Positions 1 through 6,427 of a stretch of 64,000 bases of DNA are shown piece by piece; position 1 is the first letter of the stretch, and the number at the start of each line of letters is the position of its first letter. The translations under genes and the position numbers were made by a program. This DNA comes from Chloroflexota bacterium. GTDB taxonomy: Bacteria > Chloroflexota > Limnocylindria > P2-11E. Location: NCBI GenBank assembly GCA_016194865.1, contig JACQAT010000009.1:86473-150472 (forward strand), written 5' to 3'. Below the pieces are notes generated by a model. The model was given only the letters and a program-made list of their open reading frames with translations. It was not told the origin of the DNA and made no database searches.

Positions 1-1167
1 TACGGCGCTGCGCTGGAGCTGCTGGAGCGGCGCGAGCGGATCGACCCGCTCACATTGCAGGTCGAGCTCGCACGCAACGAGCGCCTCGATCAGGTGGGCG
101 GCAGCGCGTACCTCCGCGAGCTGGTCGAGCTCGTGCCCACGGCCATCGAGGTCGAGCGCGATGCCGGGCGCGTGCGCGATCGGGCGACGATGCGGCGCCT
201 CCTGGCCGCCGCCACCTCGATCGCGACGGAGGCCTACAGCGAGCCGACCGACGTGTCGCTCACGCTCGACCGTGCCGAGCAGCGGATCTTCGCGCTGCGG
301 GACGAGACCGCGAACGCCCAGCTCCGCCATATCCAGCGCGCGCTCCAGGCGAACTACGAGCACATCTCCGAGCGCATGGAGCATCCCTTCGAGGTGAGCG
401 GTCTCGCGTCCGGGTTCCGCGAGATCGACGGCTTCACCGAGGGGTTCAGTCCGGGCGATCTCGTGATCATCGCGGCGCGGCCGTCGGTCGGGAAGACGTC
501 GCTCGGGCTCGCGATCGCGCACGCGGCCGCGAAGCGCGGCGACGGCACGCTCGTCTTCTCGCTCGAGATGGACACGAAGCAGATCGTCGCGCGTCTCCTC
601 GGGCTCAACAGCCGGATCGACCTGCTCTCGATGCGGACCGGGAACATCATGGACACCGAAGCGGCGGCGTCGCTCACCAACCTGCCGATCCTCCTCGACG
701 ACACGCCGGGCATCTCGATCATGGAGCTGCGCACGAAGGCGCGGCGCGCGATGGCGCAGACGCGTCTGTCGCTGATCGTCATCGATTACCTCCAGCTCAT
801 GCGCACGGCCGAGCACGAGGAGAACCGCGTCCAGGAGATCGCCACGATCTCGCGCAACCTCAAGGCGCTCGCCCGCGAGCTCGGCGTCGTCGTCATCGCG
901 CTTTCGCAGCTCTCGCGCGCCGCCGGCGACGCCGGGAACGAGCCGATGCTCTCCACCCTCCGCGAATCAGGCGCCCTCGAACAGGACGCGGATGTCGTCG
1001 TGATGCTGTGGCGCGACCGCGAAGACGCGCAGCCGGGCGCGCCGCGCCTCATCCATGGATCGGTCGCCAAGAACCGCAACGGGCCGACCGGCCACTTCGA
1101 GCTGTTCTTCGAGAGCGAGCAGGCCCGCTTCTTCAGCCGCGCGGACGAGGGCGGCATGCCGGTATGA
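1..1167 (+). CDS. DnaB-family replicative helicase, paralog 1 (5' end outside window)
   Basis: Frame 1 is open from base 1 (YGAALELLERRERIDPLTLQ...), so the gene starts upstream. It has a DnaB N-terminal-domain-like region, Walker A AARPSVGKTS, Walker B LIVIDYLQL, and the C-terminal SQLSR...LRESGALEQDADVV motif. Stop is TGA at 1165-1167. Confidence 0.85.
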   Translation, partial: YGAALELLERRERIDPLTLQVELARNERLDQVGGSAYLRELVELVPTAIEVERDAGRVRDRATMRRLLAAATSIATEAYSEPTDVSLTLDRAEQRIFALRDETANAQLRHIQRALQANYEHISERMEHPFEVSGLASGFREIDGFTEGFSPGDLVIIAARPSVGKTSLGLAIAHAAAKRGDGTLVFSLEMDTKQIVARLLGLNSRIDLLSMRTGNIMDTEAAASLTNLPILLDDTPGISIMELRTKARRAMAQTRLSLIVIDYLQLMRTAEHEENRVQEIATISRNLKALARELGVVVIALSQLSRAAGDAGNEPMLSTLRESGALEQDADVVVMLWRDREDAQPGAPRLIHGSVAKNRNGPTGHFELFFESEQARFFSRADEGGMPV

Positions 1168-2504
1168 CGCTGCTCCGAGGCACGGATCGCGGCGGCCCGA
1201 AGCCGCCGCCCGAGAACCCCGATGCCGAGGCGTCCCTGCTCGGCGCGATGCTCCTGGACACGCACGTATACGACGAATTCGTCCGCGGGCGCATCGCGCC
1301 CGCCGATCTCTCGCGCGAGCAGCACCGCCTGGTGCTCGATGCGATCGTGGCGCTCTCCAGCCGGGGAGACACCATCAGCTTCGCCGGGGTGCAGGGCGAG
1401 CTCGCCGCGCGCGGCGATCTCGACGCCGTCGGCGGTCCGCAGTTCCTCGTCGGGCTCATGCAGGACGTCCCGACCGTCGCGCATGCGGAGACCTACGCGA
1501 CGATCGTGGAGCGGACCGCGCTCCTGCGCCGGCTCATCGGGACCGCGAACGAGATCGCGCGCATCGCGCTGACCCGCGACGCCGCGCAGATCGCGGTCGA
1601 CGAGGCGCAGAAGCTCTTGTTCGCCGTGAGCGAGACGAGCCTTCACCGCGACATCGTCACGCTCGACACCGCGCTCCGGCGCTACGCGGAGCAGATCAGC
1701 GCTCGCAGCGAGGAACATCCGATCGGCATCGCGACCGGCCTCGCGAGCCTCGACGCGAAGACCGGCGGGCTGCAGCCCTCGGACCTGATCATCCTCGCCG
1801 GTCGCCCCGGCCTCGGGAAGACGAGCCTGGCGCTCTGCATCGTCGAGCACGCGGCGCTGTACGCGAACAAGGTGACCGCGGTCTTCTCCCTCGAGATGAG
1901 CGAGATGCAGATCGTCCAACGTCTCATCTCGATGAACGCGCAGATCGAGGGCAGCCGGATCCGCCGCGGAAGGCTCGAGCTGACCGAGCTGCAGGCCATC
2001 AACGACGCGTCGGCGCGGCTGCAGCAGGCGCCGATCTTCGTCGAGGAGTCGAGTCGCCTCACGGTCACGAACATCCTCGCGAAGGCGCGGCGGCTCCAGG
2101 CCGAGCGCGGGCTCGACCTGATCGTCATCGACTACCTGCAGCTGATCGAGGGCGTCGACGAGGACGAGACGAACCGGGTCCAGGAGGTCGCCAAGATCAG
2201 CCGCGCGCTCAAGGCGATCGCGCGCGAGCTTCAGGTGCCGGTCATCGCGCTGTCGCAGCTGTCGCGCCAGATCGAGACGCGTGGCAGCGAACCGATGCTC
2301 TCGGACCTGCGCGACAGCGGCGCCCTGGAGCAGGACGCCGACCTGGTGCTCTTCCTGTGGCAGAAGGACGTCCAGGATCGCCGCGACGGCGTGGTCCGCC
2401 TGAAGCTCGCGAAGCACCGCAACGGCCCGACCGCCGACATCGACCTGCACTTCGAGTCGCAGCTCACGCGCTTCCGCGATCTCGGAGAGACGCGCGAGGT
2501 TTGA
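1164..2504 (+). CDS. dnaB: Replicative DNA helicase DnaB, paralog 2 (full length, 446 aa)
   Basis: ATG at 1164 overlaps the upstream stop (ATGA). Motifs: EASLLGAMLLD N-terminal motif, Walker A AGRPGLGKTS, LIVIDYLQL, LSQLSRQIETRGSEPMLSDLRDSGALEQDAD. The ORF-track start at 1008 is an Arg-rich extension inside gene 1 and is rejected. Confidence 0.9.
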   Translation: MTLLRGTDRGGPKPPPENPDAEASLLGAMLLDTHVYDEFVRGRIAPADLSREQHRLVLDAIVALSSRGDTISFAGVQGELAARGDLDAVGGPQFLVGLMQDVPTVAHAETYATIVERTALLRRLIGTANEIARIALTRDAAQIAVDEAQKLLFAVSETSLHRDIVTLDTALRRYAEQISARSEEHPIGIATGLASLDAKTGGLQPSDLIILAGRPGLGKTSLALCIVEHAALYANKVTAVFSLEMSEMQIVQRLISMNAQIEGSRIRRGRLELTELQAINDASARLQQAPIFVEESSRLTVTNILAKARRLQAERGLDLIVIDYLQLIEGVDEDETNRVQEVAKISRALKAIARELQVPVIALSQLSRQIETRGSEPMLSDLRDSGALEQDADLVLFLWQKDVQDRRDGVVRLKLAKHRNGPTADIDLHFESQLTRFRDLGETREV

Positions 2505-2509
2505 CCTGT

Positions 2510-2965
2510 CTAGCTGCTCTTGGCCGGCTCGACCGCGACCGTCAGGTGCGCGCGCACATCGCTCAGCAGCCGCGCCTCGACCTTGTGCACGCCGAGCGAG
2601 CGCAGCGGCTCCTCGAGATGGATCTTCGTGCGGTCGAGATCGATCCCGGTGTCCCGCTTGAGCGCCTCGGCGATGTCGCGGTTCGTGACCGAGCCGAAGG
2701 TCTTGCCGTCCTTGCCGGACTTCAGCGTGAACAGGAGGGTCGTCGCCTCGAGGCGCTTCGCGAGCTCCTCCGCGTCGCCGTGCGCGCGATCCTGCTTCGC
2801 GCGGACCTTCGCCTTTTGCTGCGCGACCTCACGCAACGCGCCGCTGCTGGCCGGGGTCGCGAGGCCGCGCGGCAGCAGGAAGTTCTGCGCGTAGCCGTCG
2901 GCGACATCCTTGATATCGCCGGGGCGACCGAGACCGCGGACCTCTTGCTTCAGGACGACGCGCAT
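2510..2965 (-). CDS. rplI: 50S ribosomal protein L9
   Basis: 151 aa. MRVVLKQEVRGLGRPGDIKDVADGYAQNFLLPRGLA is the classic L9 N-terminus. The long helix and C-terminal domain (GSVTNRDIAEAL) are present. Confidence 0.92.
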   Translation of the reverse strand: MRVVLKQEVRGLGRPGDIKDVADGYAQNFLLPRGLATPASSGALREVAQQKAKVRAKQDRAHGDAEELAKRLEATTLLFTLKSGKDGKTFGSVTNRDIAEALKRDTGIDLDRTKIHLEEPLRSLGVHKVEARLLSDVRAHLTVAVEPAKSS

Positions 2966-2980
2966 GGCCCTCGCCCGCGG

Positions 2981-3166
2981 TCAGGCGGTCGGGACGGTCG
3001 GTGGCTCGCTGAGGACGCCATCGGATTCGCTCTTGCGCAGCTCGATCTCCCACGCGAGGACGGATGCCGCGACCGCGAGCACGCCCATCACGGCCAGCGC
3101 GCCGATGATGGCGAGGAGTCCCTCGATGAGACCGAAGAGGCCGGGTCCGTCGTCGCGGTCGCTCAT
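2981..3166 (-). CDS. Small membrane protein (61 aa), hypothetical
   Basis: One clear TM helix (LFGLIEGLLAIIGALAVMGVLAVAASVLAW). SD-like AAGGGGGA lies about 9 nt upstream of the ATG. It sits 15 nt upstream of rplI on the same strand. Confidence 0.5.
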   Translation of the reverse strand: MSDRDDGPGLFGLIEGLLAIIGALAVMGVLAVAASVLAWEIELRKSESDGVLSEPPTVPTA

Positions 3167-3238
3167 GTGCTGGGTCCCCCTTCGCGTTGCCGTCTGACCA
3201 ATAGGGCAGGCCGCTGGACTGTATCGCGCAGGTCGCCC

Positions 3239-3760
3239 TCAGGCACTGTGCACCACGACGAGGTCCGTCATGAGGTTGGCGTTCGGGACGATGACCTGCT
3301 GGCCGTCGGCGGTGCTCAGCCTCGTCGTGCGGAACGAGATCTCCTCCACGACACCCTTGGCCCCGCCGACCTCGATCGTGTCGCCGATGCGGAACGGGCG
3401 CTCGACGAGGACCCAGATCCCAGCGAAGAAGTTCTTGCCGATGTCCTGCAGGGACAGCCCGACGACGATCCCCAGCACGCTGAACGACGTCAGGATCCAG
3501 CCGAACGCGCCCTGGGTGTAGATGGCCAGGACGACGAGGATGCCGAGGGTGAGCACGAGCAGCTGCGCGAGATTGCCGAGCAGCACGGTCGCGTTCGCGT
3601 GCGCCCGGTGGCGGGCCAGCGCGCGCATCGAGGTCCGCCGGACGATCCGCGCGAGGACGATCGCGACCACCGCCACGAACAGCGCCCAGGCGGTCCGGAT
3701 CGCGTATTCGAGCAGCGTTTCCTTCAGGGCGGCGGGGTCGATGGGCACGGCGGCGAGCAT
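3239..3760 (-). CDS. Mechanosensitive ion channel (MscS) family protein, short form
   Basis: TM helices followed by the MscS beta-domain signature NFFAGIWVLVERPFRIGDTIEVGGAKGVVEEISFRTTRL. The protein ends soon after, so the usual C-terminal alpha/beta domain is missing. The start is ambiguous (ATG 3760, or 3808 which would overlap the lexA promoter). Confidence 0.7.
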   Translation of the reverse strand: MLAAVPIDPAALKETLLEYAIRTAWALFVAVVAIVLARIVRRTSMRALARHRAHANATVLLGNLAQLLVLTLGILVVLAIYTQGAFGWILTSFSVLGIVVGLSLQDIGKNFFAGIWVLVERPFRIGDTIEVGGAKGVVEEISFRTTRLSTADGQQVIVPNANLMTDLVVVHSA

Positions 3761-3793
3761 AGGGACGCCCCACGGAGAAGCCGGGGGCCGGGC

Positions 3794-3823
3794 TTGACAA
3801 ACGAACATCCGTTCGGTTATGGT
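3794..3823 (+). promoter_or_regulatory. lexA promoter: -35 TTGACA (3794-3799), 18-nt spacer, -10 TATGGT (3818-3823)
   Basis: Near-consensus sigma-70-type hexamers read directly. The SOS box occupies the spacer. Confidence 0.55.
3802..3815. promoter_or_regulatory. LexA operator (Cheo/SOS box) CGAACATCCGTTCG
   Basis: Perfect 14-bp palindrome matching the Gram-positive-type GAAC-N4-GTTC LexA motif, located between the -35 and -10 of lexA. Confidence 0.8.
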
Positions 3824-3830
3824 CGGCCAG

Positions 3831-4445
3831 ATGACGAAGCAGGATCAGCAGCGCGCCGACCGCATCCTCGCCTACGTACGCGACTCCATCGCCAGGAACG
3901 GGTACCCGCCGAGCGTGCGAGAGATCGCCGAGGCAGTCGGTCTCGCCTCGACCTCGGCCGTCCACCACCACCTCACGAAGCTGATGGAGGCCGGGCGGCT
4001 CCAGAAGAAGGCCACGCGCTCACGAGCCCTGAGCGTGCCGGGGAGCTTCGCGGGAGAGGGCCGCCTGGTGCGCGCGCCGATCGTCGGCGAGATCGCCGCC
4101 GGACAGCCCATCTACGCCTACGAGGACAAGACCGAGACGATGGACCTGCCGAGCGAGCTGGGCGTCCACGGGCGCGACACGTTCGTCCTGCGGGTCCGCG
4201 GCAAGTCGATGATCGAGGACCACATCGACAACGGCGACTACGTCGTTGTGCAGCAGCAGAACACCGCGCGTGACGGCGACATCGTCGTCGCGCTGCTCGA
4301 CGACGGTACCGCGACGCTCAAGCGCTTCTTCAAGGAGAAGGACCGGATCCGGCTGCAGCCGGCGAACTCGGAGATGGCGCCGATGTACCACCGCAGCGTG
4401 CAGATCCAGGGCAAGGTCATCGGAGTGATCCGCCGCCTCACCTAG
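3831..4445 (+). CDS. lexA: LexA repressor (S24 peptidase)
   Basis: Winged-helix N-terminus (YPPSVREIAEAVGLASTSAVHHHLTKL). Cleavage and catalytic region VRGKSM...LKRF with Ser/Lys dyad context. The ATG at 3819 lies inside the -10 hexamer, so ATG 3831 is preferred (possibly leaderless). Confidence 0.9.
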   Translation: MTKQDQQRADRILAYVRDSIARNGYPPSVREIAEAVGLASTSAVHHHLTKLMEAGRLQKKATRSRALSVPGSFAGEGRLVRAPIVGEIAAGQPIYAYEDKTETMDLPSELGVHGRDTFVLRVRGKSMIEDHIDNGDYVVVQQQNTARDGDIVVALLDDGTATLKRFFKEKDRIRLQPANSEMAPMYHRSVQIQGKVIGVIRRLT

Positions 4446-4739
4446 CCAGACGCGAAACCGGTCCGCGTGCCACGCGTGTCACGAGTGGGGAGCGCTAAAC
4501 GAAGCAGCCGGCGACGAGGAAGGCGCACCGCGAAGGGCGCGGGATCGGCGATGCGAACCAGCTGCACGCGGACGCGCTGCGCTACGCACGATGCTCGCGT
4601 ACACACGGGTGAAGGGTGACGCGGTGCTGACGCTCTCGCCCTTCGTCAGGCTCGCGCGCGCCGACCGGGCCGCGCTCGAGGAGGAGGGTGCCAGTCTCGC
4701 CCGCTTCATCGAGCCGGAGGCGCGCGACGTGTCCGTGCG

Positions 4740-5951
4740 GTGACCACGCGCGCGATCCTGCACTGCGACCTCGACGCCTTCTACGCGTCGGTGGAGCAAC
4801 GCGACCACCCCGAGTACCGCGGGAGGCCCGTGATCGTCGGCGGCGGGCCGAACGAGCGGGGCGTGGTGAGCGCGGCGTCGTACGAGGCGCGGCGCTTCGG
4901 CGTGCGATCGGCGATGCCGCTGCGCGAAGCCGGGCGCCTCTGCCCCGACGGGATCTTCGTCCCCGGCGATCACGAGAAGTACATCGCGGCATCGGACGCG
5001 GTGATGGCTCTTTTTTCGCTGCGCACGCCTTTGGTGCAGCCGATCTCGCTCGACGAGGCGTTCCTCGACGTGACCGCGACGCATCACCTCTTCGGCGGAC
5101 CGCTCGCGATCGCGCAGGAGCTCAAGCGGCGGGTCCGCGCGGACCTCGGGCTGGTGCTGTCGGTGGGACTCGCGACGAACAAGCTGTGCGCGAAGATCGG
5201 CTCGGATCTCCGCAAGCCGGATGGCCTCGTCGTCGTCGAGGCCGGTGAGGAGGCCGCGTTCCTCGCGCCGCTGCCGCTGGAGCGCCTGTGGGGCGTCGGT
5301 CCGAAGACGCGCGCGGTCCTCGAGGGCTACGGCATGAAGACGATCGGCGATCTCGCGGCGACCGATCCGCGGGTCCTGGAGCAGCGCCTTGGCGAGCACG
5401 GGAGCGCGATCTCGGAGCGCTCCCGCGGCATCGACACCGATCCGGTGGTGCCCGAGATGGAGCCGAAATCCATCGGCCACGAGCACACCTTCGACCGCGA
5501 TACGTCCGAGCGCGCCACGATCGAATCGACGCTGCTGCGACTCTCCGAAGGTGTCGGGCGCCGCGCGCGCGATGCGGCGCTGGCCGGGCGGACGATCACG
5601 CTCAAGCTTCGCGTCGCCCCATTCGAGACGCGGATGCGGCAACGGACCCTGCCGCGGCCCACCGATGCGGACCTCGAGATCTTCGGGGTCGCGCGAGCGC
5701 TGCTGCGCGAGGCGCTCGCCGCTGATCGCGCGAGCGGGCGCGCTCGACCGGTCCGGCTCATCGGAGTGACGCTGTCGGGGCTCGTCGAGGGCCGGCAGCT
5801 CGGCCTCTTCGATCACGCGCGAGCGTCCCGGCTGGATGCGGCGCTCGACACGGTGCGTGATCGATTCGGCGACGGCGCGCTCGATCGCGCCAGCGCGAAG
5901 GAGATCCCGATGCGCAGACGGCTCTCGGATCGACGGACGCCGCGCGCCTGA
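4740..5951 (+). CDS. dinB: DNA polymerase IV (Y-family)
   Basis: GTG start. N-terminus ILHCDLDAFYASVEQRDHPEYRGRPVIVGG, then SLDEAFLDVT, and LWGVGPKT in the thumb/HhH region. 403 aa. Confidence 0.92.
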   Translation: MTTRAILHCDLDAFYASVEQRDHPEYRGRPVIVGGGPNERGVVSAASYEARRFGVRSAMPLREAGRLCPDGIFVPGDHEKYIAASDAVMALFSLRTPLVQPISLDEAFLDVTATHHLFGGPLAIAQELKRRVRADLGLVLSVGLATNKLCAKIGSDLRKPDGLVVVEAGEEAAFLAPLPLERLWGVGPKTRAVLEGYGMKTIGDLAATDPRVLEQRLGEHGSAISERSRGIDTDPVVPEMEPKSIGHEHTFDRDTSERATIESTLLRLSEGVGRRARDAALAGRTITLKLRVAPFETRMRQRTLPRPTDADLEIFGVARALLREALAADRASGRARPVRLIGVTLSGLVEGRQLGLFDHARASRLDAALDTVRDRFGDGALDRASAKEIPMRRRLSDRRTPRA

Positions 5952-5969
5952 GGAAGTCAACGAAAGAAA

Positions 5970-6052
5970 TGTGGACGCGCTGTGGACGGCGGTGCGTCGC
6001 GCGTGTGGACGAAGCTGTGGAGAAGAAGGTGGACAAGGTCCTTGTGGTGGAC
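5970..6052 (+). repeat. Array of six direct TGTGGAC-type heptamers (DnaA-box-like half sites)
   Basis: Heptamers start at 5970 (TGTGGAC), 5981 (TGTGGAC), 6004 (TGTGGAC), 6016 (TGTGGAG), 6028 (GGTGGACAAG) and 6046 (GGTGGAC). All have the same orientation. Spacings are 11, 23, 12, 12 and 18 nt. Confidence 0.8.
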
Positions 6053-6102
6053 GGCGTCCGTCGGCGATGCTGCGCCAGGTCCAGCGAAGGGGAGGCCGAC
6101 GG

Positions 6103-6348
6103 ATGTCGGAGGAGCGGATCGCCGACCTGGCGATCGAGTTCATCACGTTCTGCTTCAAGCGTCGTTCAGTCGAATGGCCGCAGCTCTATGACGAGATGTG
6201 TCTCGTCGCGGGCAACCGTCTCTACAAGGGCCTCGGGTACGAGGAGCTGCGGGAGGCGGGGCTCGACTTCACGCTCGTCGGGCTCGGACAGACGAGCCGC
6301 ATCGCGAACGCGGTGACGAGGGAGATGCGTAGAGCGGCCGTGGCGTAA
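6103..6348 (+). CDS. Hypothetical protein (81 aa)
   Basis: ATG at 6103 is preceded by GAAGGGGAGG. Sequence begins MSEERIADLAIEFITFCFKRRSVEWPQLYDEMCLVAGNRLYKGLGYEEL... The gene is followed by a strong intrinsic terminator. I recognise no family. Confidence 0.55.
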   Translation: MSEERIADLAIEFITFCFKRRSVEWPQLYDEMCLVAGNRLYKGLGYEELREAGLDFTLVGLGQTSRIANAVTREMRRAAVA

Positions 6349-6374
6349 CGATCTGACTGGGGCCACACCGGCGG

Positions 6375-6413
6375 GGCGGCGAGTGAAAGGAAGCACACTC
6401 GCCGCCTCTTTTT
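6375..6413 (+). terminator. Rho-independent terminator
   Basis: 11-bp perfect stem GGCGGCGAGTG / CACTCGCCGCC with a 10-nt loop, followed by TCTTTTT. Confidence 0.8.
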
Positions 6414-6427
6414 GATATTTCTGCTGC

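Noticed and set aside
1055-4273. A 1072-aa plus-strand ORF, and similar very long ORFs: 786..2450, 8196..10427, 14619..16055 (upstream part), 25688..27769, 41427..43163, 43302..44816, 45080..46696, 47091..48851, 50230..52413, 56086..57765 and 60986..62332.
   Set aside because: Their translations are Arg/Pro/Ala/Gly-rich low-complexity strings with no motifs. They lie out of frame or antisense to genes with clear family signatures. These are the usual shadow ORFs of a ~70% GC genome.
5970-6052. Possibility that the TGTGGAC repeats form a CRISPR array or a minisatellite.
   Set aside because: The units are only 7 nt, with 4-16 nt irregular spacers. There are no repeat-spacer units of 25-40 nt and no cas genes in the window.
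5836-6102. N-terminal extension of the 81-aa gene (ORF-track start 5836), and overlapping ORFs 5969..6316 and 5982..6191.
   Set aside because: The sequence is Arg-rich and overlaps the dinB 3' end and the repeat array. A good SD precedes the internal ATG at 6103. The alternative frames show no coding-like features.
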